DNA from: the human T2T-CHM13v2.0 reference genome, Homo sapiens
Direction: 5' to 3' (one strand)
Assembly: GCF_009914755.1 (NCBI RefSeq)
Contig: NC_060941.1
DNA length: 64,000 nt
Shown: positions 13,946 to 35,460 of the stretch, in pieces
How the letters are laid out: each line of letters starts with the position of its first letter
How positions within the stretch are numbered: the stretch's first letter is position 1
Position numbers and translations under genes: made by a program
Notes under the pieces: model-generated
What the model saw: only the letters and a program-made list of their open reading frames with translations
What the model was told of the DNA's origin: nothing
Databases searched by the model: none

Positions 13946-15238
13946 TTTTTTTTTTTTGAGACAGAGTCTACCTCTGTCGCCCAGGCTGGAGTGCAGTGGC
14001 GCCATCCTGGCTCACCGCAACCTCTGCCTCCCGGGTTCAAGCGATTCTCCTGCCTCACTCAGCCTCCTGAGTAGCTGGGATTACAGGTGTGTGCTACCAC
14101 ACCCGGCTAATTTTTGTATTTTTGGTAGAGATGGGGTTTCACCCTGTTGGCCAGGCTGGTCTGGAACTCCTGACCTCATGTGATCCGTCCACCTCGACCT
14201 CCCAAAGTGCTGGGATTACAGGTGTGAGCCACTGTGCCTGGCCGTGTCCAAGTTTTTGTATGGACATGTTTTCCATTTTCTCTGTTTCTGCTTAGGAGCG
14301 AAATTGCTGGCTCATATGGTCACTCTGAATTTCGCTTATCAGAGAACAGTCCGACCGTTTCCAAAGCATCTACGTCATTTTACCTTCCCGGCGTATACGG
14401 GCTCCAACTGCTCCACATTCTTTCCCACACTAGTGTGCATTTTTTGTATCATAGCCACCCTAGTGCGTGTGATGTGGTATCTCATTGTGGTTTCTCTGGT
14501 TGTTGTTTCCTTCGGGGTTTTTTTTTCTTTTTGAGATGGAGTGTTGCTCTGTCACCCAGGCTGGAGTGCAGTGCCTCAATCTCAGCTCACTGCAAACTCC
14601 ACCTCCTGGGTTCAAGCGATTCTCCTGCCTCAGCCTCCTGAGTAGCTGGCATTACAGGTGACTGCCACCACGCCTGGCTAACTTTTGTATTTTTAGTGGA
14701 GACAGGGTTTCACCATGTTGGTCAGGCTGGTCTCAAACTCCTGACCTCGTGATCCGCCTGCCCTCAGCCTCCCAAAGTGCTGGAATGACAGGCGTGAGCC
14801 ACCGCGCCCGGCCTTGTTTTGTTTTTGAGATAGGGTCTTGCTCTGTCGCCCAGGCTGGTGTGCAGTGGCACAGTTGCGGCTCACTGCTGCTTCAAGCACC
14901 AGTACTCAAGTGATCCTCCCACCTCAGCCTCCTGAGTAGCTAGGACCACAGGTGCCTGCCACCACACTCAGCTAATTATTTTTTTAACTGTCTTGTAGAG
15001 ACGAGATCTCACTATGCTGCCGGGGCTGGTCTCAAAGTCTGGGCTCAATCTGTGTTCCCACCTCAGCCTCCCAAAGTGCTGGGATTACCAGTGTGAGCCA
15101 CCGCACCCAGTCCTCTCAGCCCTCTCAACCTCCCAAAGTGCTGGGATTACCGGCGTGAGCCACTGCACCCAGCCTCGTCATGGTTTTGATTTATTTGCCT
15201 TTGCCTAATAATTAATGATGAACACATATGCATGGTCT

Positions 15239-16244
<1,006 letters not shown>

Positions 16245-16338
16245 TTCCCACTGGGCATCTATATATTTTCTTTAGAAAACTGTCTATTCAAATTCCTAAC
16301 CCAATTTTTAGTTGCACTGTTTGCCTTTCTATTGTTGA

Positions 16339-16650
<312 letters not shown>

Positions 16651-17465
16651 TGAGCTACTGTGCCTGGTTTTTGTTGTTGTTCTTTGAGATGGAGTCTCGC
16701 TCTGTCGCCCAGGCTGGAGTGCAATGGCTCAGTCTTGGCTCACTGAAACCTCCGCCTCCTGGGTTCAAGTGATTCTCTTGCCTCAGCCTCCTGAGTAGCT
16801 GGGATTACAGGCATGTGCCACCACACCTGGCTAATTTTTTGTATTTTTAGTAGAGACAGAGTTTCACCATTTTGGCCAGGCTGGTCTTGAACTCCTGACC
16901 TCGTGATCCACCTGCCTCAGCCTCCCAAAGTGCTGGGATTACAGGCGTGAGCCGCTGCGCCTGGCCCTCCTACCTTTTTTTCTGTTTTATTTATGTCTTT
17001 CACAGCATTGCTGTTTTTGAGGATTCCAGGCCAGTCGTCATGGAGAGTGTCCTGCGTAATCTGGACCCATCTGATGTTTCCCAGTAATTTGATCCAGGTT
17101 GAGCGTTTTGCCAGGTGCTGGTGTGTGCTTCACGTGGCATTGTATCATGACGTTTTCTAATTACTGCAGAATGGGGTCTGTTTCCTCATCACGCTGCCAG
17201 GGCTCTGCCAATTCCACGCCTCTCTTTCTAGAAACAAGCAAGCAAAGGTCTCATGTGCAACTTCTGTTTTCCACATTTTCTAAATTACAAAAGCAATAAG
17301 GGCTTGTGAAAGAAAACTGGAAGAATCCAGAATTATATAAGATAAAAAATGAACATCTCGGCCGGGGTGACAGAGCGAGACTCCATCTCAAAAAAAAAAA
17401 AAAAAAATGAACATCTCTCTCGATTCTGGCACCTCTCCCTGGGGGAACTAGGTCCACTTTGGTAG

Positions 17466-17873
<408 letters not shown>

Positions 17874-18034
17874 TAGTTTGGTTTTCTGGTTTGTTTCACC
17901 ATGTTGCCCAGGCTGGTCTCTAACTCCTGGGCTCAAATGATCCACCCTACTTGGCCTCCCAAAGTGCTGGGATTACAGGTATGAGCCATTGCACCTGGCT
18001 TATTTTCTTCTTTTTTTTTTTTTTTTTTTTTTGA

Positions 18035-18220
<186 letters not shown>

Positions 18221-18947
18221 TAGCCAGGATGGTCTCCATCTCCTGACCTTGTGATCCACCCGCCTCGGCCTCCCAAAGTGCTGGGATTACAGATGTGAGC
18301 CACCGCGCCCGGCCTCTTCTTTTTTTTTTTTGAGACGGAGTCTTGCTCTGTTGCCCAGGCCGAAGTGCAGTGGCGCAGTCTTGGCCAACATGGTGAAACC
18401 CCATCTCTACTAAAACTATAAAAATTAGCAGGGCCCAGTGGCAGGAACCTGTAATCCCAGCTACTCAGGAGGCTGAGACAAGAGAATCGCTTGAACCCTG
18501 GAGGCAGAGGTTGCACCACCGTGCCCGGCTAATTTTTTGAATTTTTAGTACAGACAGGGTTTCACCTTGTTAGCCAGGATGGTCTCGTTCTATTTTAAAC
18601 CAATCACTGCTGCCAGGGGCACTGCCGTAAGCCAACTAGCATCTATCCCTGGAGCTGAGGGCGCAGGTTAATTGCACCTAAACCACATGGCTGAGAACCT
18701 GGGAAGCGTTAATTTCCCCATGAGAAATCAGAGCCTTGTTGGCAAGAAAAAAGGAGCAGGCAAACAAAAATGTCTGTTCTGGGTTGACGTAAGGACCCTC
18801 ACAGAACTCTCTGCGGGCGTGGTGGCTCATGCCTATAATCCCAGCGCTATGGCAGGCCGAGGCAGGAGGATTGCTTGAGCCCAGGAGTTCCAGACCAGCA
18901 CCTGTAGTGCCAGCTCCTCAGAAGGCTAAGGCAGGAGGATCATTTGA

Positions 18948-19085
<138 letters not shown>

Positions 19086-19244
19086 TAAGTAGCTGGGCAT
19101 GTGCCACCATGCCCAGCTAAATACTAACTGCCCTTGAGGCATGGTGTCAATGTACCCCCCCACCAACAATGTCTGAGAGTGCTTGTTTTCTTATGCCCTG
19201 GCCCATGCAGTGTGATATCAAATTTTGGAATTTTACTAGTATAA

Positions 19245-19637
<393 letters not shown>

Positions 19638-19816
19638 TAAGCCACCGCACCCGGCCCATCTATTTAAGTCTTTTGCCCATTTTCCTCTTGGGCTGTTAAT
19701 CTTTTTCTTATCCATTTGTAGGAATTCTTTAAATACCAGAGAACTTAGCTCTTTGCCTGTGATATGAGTTGAAAATATTTTTCCAAACTTGTCGTTTATC
19801 ATTTGACTTTGCTTAT

Positions 19817-20558
19817 TGCATTAGTCCATTTTGTGCTGCTGTAACAATACCTGAGACTGGGACATGTATAACTAACAGAAATGCACAGTTCTGGAAAGCA
19901 AAAAGCAGCGACGGGCCTAGTGCCAGGTGAGGGCCTGATCTCTGCTTCCAAGACAGAGCCTTGTAAGTTCATCATCCAGGGAGAGGGAGCGTGTTACTCA
20001 CACGGCAGAGGGCGGAGAGGCAAGCAGCAACAGGGCCCCAGACGTACCCTTTTATACAATGATGGCATTAATCCACTACAGATGAGGGCAAAGCCCTTTT
20101 ATAAGATATAGCGTTAAGCCTACACACAAGGGTGAAGCCCTCCTGGCCTAATCACCTCTTAAAAGTCCTACCTCCGAACACTGTTGAACACTGTTACAGG
20201 CCGGGTGCGGTGGCTCACACCTGTAATCCCAGCACTTTGGGAGGCCGAGGTGGGCGGATCACCTGACGCCAGGAGTTCAAGACTAGCCTGACCAATACAG
20301 TGAAACCCCATCTCTACTAAAAATACAAAAATTAGCCAGACGTGGTGGCGCACGCCTGTCATCCCAGCTACTCAGGAGGCTGAGGCAGGAGAATCACTTG
20401 AACCCAGGAGGTGGAGGTTGCAGTGAGCTGAGATCGTGCTATCGGACTTCAGCCTGGGCAACAGAGTGAGACTCCTCAAAAAAAAAAAAAAAACTGTTAC
20501 AATGGCAATTAAATTTCAACATGAGTTGTGGAGGGAATAAACAATCAAACCATGGAAC
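19817..20558. mobile_element. MaLR (MST-type) LTR interrupted by an Alu (20199-20492)
   Basis: attagtccattttgtgctgctgtaacaatacctgagactggg ... aattaaatttcaacatgagtt...caaaccat; the Alu is flanked by an actgttaca duplication. Confidence 0.7.
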
Positions 20559-21087
20559 TTTACAATTTCCCTGCAGACTTTTTTATTTAGCCAAATTTAC
20601 TGATTTCTTTTTGGTGGATTTTTGATATTGTGATATGGTAAGAAAGGCCTTACTCTGCACTCATAAAATCATGTTTTTATATTTTCTTTTTGTTTTTTTG
20701 CATTTTAATCTTTGATCCAATTGGAATTTCTGCTCATATGCAGTAAGTATGGCTCTAACTTTGTTTTTTGATACAGCTGTTTCAATACTACATATTAAGA
20801 AAGTAAACTAGGCAGGGTGTGGTGGCTCACACCTGTAAGCCCAGCATTCTGGGAGGCCAAGACAGGAGGACTTCCTGAGCCCAAGAATTCAAGACCAGCC
20901 TGGGCAACCCAGCGACATCTCAGTTTCTAATAAAATGAAAAATGATCTGGGCATGGTGCTGCACGCCTGTAGTCCCAGCTACTCAGGAGGTTGAAGTGGG
21001 AGGATCGCTTGGGCCTAGGATGTCGAAGCTGCAGTGAGCTGTGATCATGCCACTGCACTCCAGCCTGGGTGACAGCGTAAAACCCTA

Positions 21088-21393
<306 letters not shown>

Positions 21394-21551
21394 TCAAAAA
21401 AAAAGGACATCTTAGACCTTCATCAAATATTTCTGGAGAAAGTGATTCCGAGTGCTTTGCTCATCAGTCTTCATTTCTTTTTTTTTTTTTTTTTTACCTT
21501 TTTTTCCCCCTAAGATTTTTTATTTTATTTTATTTTATTTTTTGTATTTTT

Positions 21552-22989
21552 TTTTTCAATTTCTTTTTTTTTTTTTTAATTGATCATTCTTGGGTGTTTC
21601 TCGCAGAGGGGGATTTGGCAGGGTCATAGGACAATAGTGGAGGGAAGGTCAGCAGATAAACATGTGAACAAAGGTCTCTGGTTTTCCTAGGCAGAGGACC
21701 CTGAGGCCTTCCGCAGTGTTTGTGTCCCTGGGTACTTGAGATTAGGGAGTGGTGATGACTCTTAACGAGCATGCTGCCTTCAAGCATCTGTTTAACAAAG
21801 CACATCTTGCACCGCCCTTAATCCATTTAACCCTGAGTGGACACAGCACATGTTTCAGAGAGCACAGGGTTGGGGGTAAGGTCACAGATCAACAGGATCC
21901 CAAGGCAGAAGAAGTTTTCTTAGTACAGAACAAAATGAAAAGTCTCCCGTGTCTACCTCTTTCTACACAGACACGGCAACCATCCGATTTCTCAATCTTT
22001 TCCCCACCTTTCCCGCCTTTCTATTCCACAAAACTGCCACTGTCATCATGGCCCGTTCTCAATGAGCCGCTGGGCACACCTCCCAGACGGGGTGGTGGCC
22101 GGGCAGAGGGGCTCCTCACTTCCCAGTAGGGGCGGCCGGGCAGAGGCGCCCCTCACTTCCCGGATGGGGGGGCTGGCCGGGCGGGGGGGCTGACCCCCCA
22201 CCTCCCTCCCGGATGGGGCGGCTGGCCGGGCAGAGGGGCTCCTCACTTCCCAGTAGGGGCGGCCAGGCAGAGGCGCCCCTCACCTCCCGGATGGGGTGGC
22301 TGCCGGGCGGAGACGCTCCTCACATCCCAGACGGGGTGGCGGGGCAGAGGCGCCCCCACATCTCAGACAATGGGTGGCCGGGCAGAGACGCTCCTCACTT
22401 CCTAGATGGGATGGCGGCCGGGCAGAGACGTTCCTCACTTTCCAGACTGGGCAGCCAGGCAGAGGGGCTCCTCACATCCCAGATGATGGGCGGCCAGGCA
22501 GAGATGCTCCTCACATCCCAGACGGGGTGGCGGCCGGGCAGAGGCTGCAATCTCGGCACTTTGGGAGGCCAAGGCAGGCGGCTGGGAGGTGGAGGTTGTA
22601 GCGGGCCGAGATCACGCTACTGCACTCCAGCCTGGGCACCATTGAGCACTGAGTGAACGAGACTCCGTCCGCAATCCCGGCACCTCGGGAAGCCGAGGCT
22701 GGCGGATCATTCGCGGCTAGGAGCTGGAGACCAGCCCCGCCAACACAGCGAAACCCCGTCTCCACCAAAAAAATACGAAAACCAGTCAGGCGTGGCGGCG
22801 CGCGCCTGCAATCGCAGGCACTCGGCAGGCTGAGGCAGGAGAATCAGGCAGGGAGGTTGCAGTGAGCCCAGACGGCAGCAGTACAGTCCAGCTTCGGTTC
22901 GGCATCAGAGGGAGACCGTGGAAAGAGAGGGAGAGGGAGACCGTGGGGAGAGGGAGAGGGAGAAAGAGGGAGAGGGAGAGGGAGAGGGC
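21552..22989 (-). mobile_element. Full-length SVA retrotransposon
   Basis: On the minus strand: (CCCTCT)n hexamer (~22921-22988), Alu-like region (~22545-22900), GC-rich VNTR (~22080-22545), SINE-R/HERV-K LTR part (~21580-22070) and poly(A). Flanked by a 16-bp duplication tattttttgtattttt (21536-21551 / 22990-23005). Confidence 0.95.
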
Positions 22990-23392
22990 TATTTTTTGTA
23001 TTTTTAGTAGAGACGGGGTTTCACCATGTTAGCCAGGATGGTCTCGATCTCCCGACCTCGTGATCCATCCGCCTCCACCTCCCAAAGTGCTGGGATTACA
23101 GGCGTGAGCCACCGCGCCCAGCCCATCAATCTTCATTTCTAACATCTCCAGTAACTGATCCTTATCCTGTTAACTCTTTGAGGCTTTGGATAGTGTTTTT
23201 GTTATTCTGTCCAGTATTTAAATTTCTCTTCAAGGAAAGAATTGTCCTAAATTATCTAATCCGCTAGTACCAGAAGAGGAATTTCTGGGTTATTGTGGTA
23301 AAGTTTCATGTGATGAACCATCCTTGAATTCTCTCAGAATAAACACCACATGGTCATAACATGTTAATTTTATTATTTTTTTGTGTGTGTGA

Positions 23393-23524
<132 letters not shown>

Positions 23525-24024
23525 TAATTTTTTGTATTTTTAGTAGAGATGGAGTTTCATCATGTTGGCCAGGCTGGTCCCTAACTCCTGACCTCAGATG
23601 ATCCACCCGCCTCGGCCTCCCAAAGTGCTGGGATTACAGGTGTGAGCCACCACGCCCAGCCATGATATGTTAACTTAAATATGCAGGCCAGGGGTGGCGG
23701 CACACTCCCCTAGTCCCAGCTACTTGGGAGGCTGAGGTGAGAGGATCGCTTGAGCCTGGGAGGCAAAGGTTGCAGTGAGCCAAGATCACCTTGCTGTCCT
23801 CCAACCTGGGTGACAGAGTGAGACCTCATCTAAAAAAAAAAAAAATTAGGCTAGCCGGGCATGGTGGCTCACACCTGTAATCCCGGCTTTGGGAGGCCAA
23901 GGCGGGCAGATCACAAGATCAGGAGTTCAAGACCAGCCTGGCCAATATGGTAAAACCCCGTCTCTACTAATAATACAAAAATTAGCCAAGTGTGGTGGCA
24001 CAGACTTGTAGTCTCAACTACTCA

Positions 24025-24480
<456 letters not shown>

Positions 24481-24684
24481 TTACTAATATTGAATGTGTA
24501 CTTTTTGCATTAATGTTAATGCCTGAGATATTTCTACATTTATATTTTTAGGGGAATCTTTCCTGGGTTTGGTACCAGTCTTGTGCTCATCCTTTTAAAA
24601 GATTTTGGAAGTTTTTCTTCTTTTCCTATAGTTTGGAACAATTTAAATAGCCCTGGTATTATCTTCTCTTGAAAGGTTTGGTAG

Positions 24685-24930
<246 letters not shown>

Positions 24931-25020
24931 TGATCTACCTGCCTCGGCCTCCCAAAGTGCTGGGATTACAGGCGTGAGCCCCCGCGCCCGGCCCCTAGTG
25001 CAGTGGTTTTAATTGTGTTC

Positions 25021-25302
25021 ATGGGGACCCTTGCTGGGGACTGTGGAGGGAAGATCATGGGGACCCTTGCTGGGGGCTGTGGAGGGAAGATCATGGGGAC
25101 CCTTGCTGGGGGCTGTGGAGGGAAGATCATGGGGACCCTTGCTGGGGGCTGTGGAGGGAAGATCATGGGGACCCTTGCTGGGGGCTGTGGAGGGAAGATC
25201 ATGGGGACCCTTGCTGGGGGCTGTGGAGGGAAGATCATGGGGACCCTTGCTGGGGGCTGTGGAGGGAAGATCATGGGGACCCTTGCTGGGGGCTGTGGAG
25301 GG
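25021..25302. repeat. VNTR, 36-bp unit x ~8
   Basis: atggggacccttgctgggggctgtggagggaagatc repeated almost perfectly. Confidence 0.97.
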
Positions 25303-25883
25303 GAAGAAAAGTCACGTGAACGACAGACGGAATTCCATTCCCTCCAGTGCACACAGCTGCCGCTGCAGCAATTATGTGCTTAAAAAATAACAAAACATGT
25401 AGTTGGAGTAGATTTTCAATAACATGAAATTACAAAAATTAAATTTTTGGTTTTTGTTGTTACTGGAGTAAAAAGCTTTAATGCCTTTTCTTGTATTTAT
25501 TTCTTGCTCTAGCCTTTTTCAGAGACCAAAATTTGCGTGTGGAATCACTTCCCAAACATGTATTCTGCCATCAGAGATCCAGAGCAATGAATCTAAGTTG
25601 CTTCAGGCTATCATGATAACCCTTTCTCTCATCCCCAAAGCTCATCGATAAAATTTGACATTTGCTCATCAGAAAACAATTCCCGATTCTGCGCTTCTTA
25701 TCTGTGCTGTTCTCCCCCACAGGCAGAGGGTTGTACATCTTTGATTACTCCTAGAGTGGAGTAAATGGGATTGTTAAGCATAAGGATGAAGGCAAGATGG
25801 GGAGGCGGAGCATCAGATCCACACTCAGGTTTTGCAAAATCAAAACAAACAAACAATTCCCCAATAACAACAGAAGCCTCTAA

Positions 25884-26090
<207 letters not shown>

Positions 26091-26500
26091 TAGCCAGGAT
26101 GGTCTCGATCTCCTGACCTCGTGATCCAGCTGTCTCGGCCTCCCAAAGTGCTGGGATTACAGGTGTGAGTCACCACGCCTGGCCAGAAGCCCCTAACTCT
26201 TTTAGAACAACGTGCTATTTATTAATAGGCTATTTTCTCATCTCCCCTTCTGGGAAAGCTCACTCAGAAAAACCCTTAACACACAACCAGAAAGCCTCTG
26301 GTTACAAGTGACCTTTGCAAAGTGTCCTGTTTTCAAAGGAAGGGGCTTCAAAATAAGAGAAGATGGAAGACATCTGAATTGGAACTCACCCCCGCACCCC
26401 AACCCTGGGGAAGAGGGTGGGGATCAAGATCACTGCCGGCCAGGCACCATGGCTCACGCCTGTAATCCCAGCACTTTGGGAGGCCGAGACAGGTGGATCA

Positions 26501-26788
<288 letters not shown>

Positions 26789-27342
26789 CTACCAAGGCTG
26801 ACCCACTCCCCACCACACTGCCCTGCTCCAACCCCACCGCCCCTCAACCATCCTCCCTACCTTCCAGGGGAATTAGGAACGGAGCAGAACTCCATGGCAG
26901 CCAGTCTTGGTTACCCACTGATTTAATCTCTGATTCCCGCCGTGAGGAGAAAGAATATGAATTACTATAAACCCATCTGTTCCCTTTCTTTCTAAAAAGA
27001 CAAGGACCCGGGGCTGGGTAATAATACTGTTGGCATTACGGGAGGTCTCTAGCTCACTGGTGTCTCCCTCCCCCCTTCCCCCAACAGCGCATAATTTGAA
27101 GATTTTCTTTAAAAAAAAAAATGACTTTAACGCCCCCAACTAATGTTTTCCTAACAGTAATAATTATAAATTCCAAACAAAAACTTAGCGGCGTGTGTGT
27201 GTGTGTGTGTCTCTTCCAGGCTTTTCATTTCAATAGATCTGCTAATTAAAAGCTATAATTTAACAAATAATGACCTAACCATCTCACTTTGAAATCAAAC
27301 AAAAACCTACCACTAAAATGTGGGACTAGATACAGATAATGA

Positions 27343-27822
<480 letters not shown>

Positions 27823-28201
27823 TAGCCAGGATGGTCTCAATCTCCTGACCTCGTGATCTGCCCACTTTGGCCTCCCAAAGTGCTGGGATTACAGGCGTGA
27901 GCCACCGCGCCCGGCCCCTAAAGTTATTTCTTAATAACAAGCCGGAAGGATTTGTGAAAAGGAAAACTAGTAATGAAACCAGGTGAAGATGCCCACTGAA
28001 TCCAGCATCCTAAATGTTTAATAAAATAATAAACGATGGGCTGGGTGCAGTGGCTCACGCCTGTAATCCCAGCACTTTGGGAGGCTGAGATAGAAGGATC
28101 ACCTGAGGTTGGGAGTTTGAGACCAGCCTGGCCAACATGGTGAAATGCCGTCTCTACTAAAAATACAAAAATTAGGCTGGCATGTTGGAGGGCGCCTGTA
28201 A

Positions 28202-28705
<504 letters not shown>

Positions 28706-29133
28706 CTACCACGCCCCTTCCCTGAGCTGGGAATTGGGCACCTGTGCCAGGTTAAACATAGCCCGCTGTTCTGGAACCTTCCCCGCAGCCCCAGCTCACA
28801 CCAGTCCGCTGAGAGGCTGCCCAGCTGCTGTACAGGAAATGCTCACGCTCCGTGGGAGGAGCCTTCAAACACTCACCCCTTCCTGGAGTCCCGGCGGGAC
28901 GGGAGAACTGGGGACTCTGCGAAAGCGCTGCGGAGCGTCCAAGAGCTCCCCGTGGAGCTGAGGCAGGAAGACCGCGCACTGGCTGAGACCCCAGGAGCCC
29001 AAAGCTGGACCTGGCGCAGGCGCAGGGAGGAAGGCGCTTCTGGGTGTGCAGAGGTCACACGGCCACCCGAGGACCTCAGCCTAATCCTGCCTTGAAATCT
29101 TAAATCCCAATGTCCGCCAGGCGCGGTGGCTCA

Positions 29134-29848
<715 letters not shown>

Positions 29849-30684
29849 TTAGCCAGGACGGTCTCGATCTCCTGACCTCGTGATCTGCCCACTTTGGCCT
29901 CCCAAAGTGCTGGGATTACAGGCGTGAGCCACCGCACCCAGCCACGACGGTGCGTTTTTCAAAGGCTGCTATTTCATTGATGAACGCATTGACTTACTCA
30001 ATCCCAAATCTTTAGAGCAAAAGTATCAAATGTCAATTTTTTGTATCAGCAGCCTCTCCAGCAGTGACCTGAGACAGGCTTTCACAGCTGGGCTGCCAAG
30101 GATATGTCTATTAATTGATTTTGTAGAATCTGTGTCATCACTAATTGGGGATATTTGCATTTCAAAAGAGGCAGAGTTCAAGTTCAAGCCATTCTTCCTC
30201 TCCTTCTTTTGACTAAGAAGGGGCTCTTTAACGACAGAATTCCACCTTGTTTATCTCTGCATCTTCCAAGCACCTCATGGTCCTTATAAAGATTAAGGCG
30301 GGGTGGGGGGACGCGTGGTGCGTCACGCCTGTAATCCCAGCACTTTGGGAGGCCAAAGTGAGGGGATTGCTTGAGCCCAGGAGTTCAAGACCAGCCTGGG
30401 CAACATGGTGAGCTCTGTCTTTACAAAACACACAAAAATTAGCCAGGCGTGGTGGCAGGCGTCTGCAGTCCCAACTACTCATGAGGCTGAGGCGGGAGGG
30501 CTGCTTTGAGCCAGGAGGCAGAGGTGACAGCCGTGATCACACCATTGCACTCTAGCCTGGGCAGCAGAGTCAGATCCTGTCTCAAAAAGAAAGAAAAAGC
30601 GCTAACACGGTGAAATCCCATCTCTACTAAAAACACAAAAATTAGCTGGGTATGGTGGCGGGTACCTGTAATCCCAGCTACTCA

Positions 30685-30837
<153 letters not shown>

Positions 30838-31090
30838 TTACAATCAAGATATACACATTAAATGGACTCTGACCATCCGTATTCCTTCAGACTCCTCACA
30901 TTGCAAACAACGGCTTAAGTAACAGGTCAATACACTGCTTCAATAATAAAGAGGGTATTTTGGCCCATGTAACTGAAGAGTTTTGGGATAGATCTTTAGG
31001 CGTGGTGAGATCTAGCGTTCAAACAATGTAACCAAGAGCCTGGTTTTTCTCTTAACACATTTCCCGGCTCTCTTTTCTTGTTGCAAATAG

Positions 31091-31624
<534 letters not shown>

Positions 31625-31939
31625 TGAACTCCTGACCTCAGGTGATCCACCCGCCTCAGCCTCCCAAAATTGCTGGGATTACAGGCGTGAGCCACCGCAC
31701 CCGGCCAAGAGAGATCACTTTAGTGAGAGAACGGAGGGTGGACGCCAGGAAAACAAGCAGAAATGGAAACCACACCGGCCAGCTCCTGGCGGGTGGAGGT
31801 GCTGGGTGGGAGCAGTTTCCTTCCTGGCTTCTTTCTCCGGCGCTCACTGCAGCAGCTTCAAGGGTGAGAGTTGGAGGCCACAGAGCCGGGGCCCATCCGG
31901 CTGTATGTGTGCGGGTGGGGGTCGGGGGACAAAGGCTGA

Positions 31940-32449
<510 letters not shown>

Positions 32450-32796
32450 TAGAGACTGGGTCTCGCTTTGTCGCCCAGGCTAGAGTGCAGTGACGTGATC
32501 TTTGCTTACTGCAGCCTCAAACTCCTGGGCTCAAGGGATCCTCCCACCTCAACCTCCTGAGTAGCTGGGACTACAGATGCATACCACCACCCCCAGCTAA
32601 TTTTTTAATTTTTCGTAGAGACAGGGTTTCTTAATAATAATGATATGACAATATTGATTCGTTAATTGTAATAAATGTACTACAGTAATGTGATATGTTA
32701 ATAACAAGGAAATGGGTTCAGGATACATGGGGGACTCTTGGTATTCGCTTCTCAGTTTTTCTGTACATCTTTTTTTTTTCTTTCTTTCTCTTTTGA

Positions 32797-33093
<297 letters not shown>

Positions 33094-33256
33094 TAAAATC
33101 ATTCTAAAAAATAACGTTCATTAAAGCACAAAAAATGGGTGGCCGGTCGCGGCGACTCACGTCTGTAATCCCAGCACTTTGGGAGGCGGAGGTGGGTGGA
33201 TCACGAGGTCAGAAGTTCGAGACCAACTTGGCCAACATGGTGAAATCCCATCTCTA

Positions 33257-33379
<123 letters not shown>

Positions 33380-33894
33380 CTACTGCCTCCCAGCCTCAGT
33401 GACAGAATAAGACCCTGTCTCAAAAAGCAAAAACAAAAAACAAAAAAACACCCCCCAAAAACCCATGAAAGATCAAAAAGCAACTGGAGAGAGGGAATAA
33501 TAGCTAGCGGCTCAAAGTGTACCTTCTGTGAGGGTGGGAGTGGAGATGCTTCCCCCACCGCCCCAGCAGCAGGGTTATCTTCAGACAGCAGGACGTGCAA
33601 ATGGGTGCAGACAGATCTCTTTGTGGGCCCAGGCAGGAAGCTGAGGGTTCGCATCTGATGGTATCAATTTTTCCTCTGAGACAGGAGAGGTGGGCTACGT
33701 GCAATGAAACTGCGGGTTGTACATGATGAAGACCTGAAGGTCCTCCAAGAGAAGTGCAGGAAGAACCTGACCAGCGCAAAAGAGCAGCTTCCTCTCCCAG
33801 CACAGATGACAAGACATAAAACTTCAGCTTTTGCAGGGGCAGCCCCAGGTGGACAGCACCAAGCAGCAGGGCCTTAGCCCAACAAGAGGCCTGA

Positions 33895-34101
<207 letters not shown>

Positions 34102-34234
34102 TAGCGACGGGATTTCGCCATGTTGGCCAGGCTGGTCTCGAACTCCTGACCTCAAGAGATCCGCCCGCCCAGGCCTCCCAAAGTGCTGGGATTACAGGTG
34201 TGAGCCACCGCGCCCGGCCTGGAGTTCCACTTTC

Positions 34235-34253
34235 TGACCAGAAGAGGGCGCCG
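34235..34253 (+). promoter_or_regulatory. Candidate CTCF site
   Basis: TGACCAGAAGAGGGCGCCG matches the core CCASYAGRKGGCRS with one mismatch. Confidence 0.5.
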
Positions 34254-34299
34254 GGGTTCCACTTTTGTTCTTCACGCCCCACGTTTCTCTTTCCAAAGT

Positions 34300-35460
<1,161 letters not shown>

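Noticed and set aside
21584-22865. ORFs inside the SVA
   Set aside because: SVA is non-autonomous; these are SINE-R, VNTR and Alu-like translations.
25003-25390. ORFs with 12-aa repeats and a CRISPR-like 36-bp periodicity
   Set aside because: A pure tandem VNTR without unique spacers or cas genes, in human DNA.
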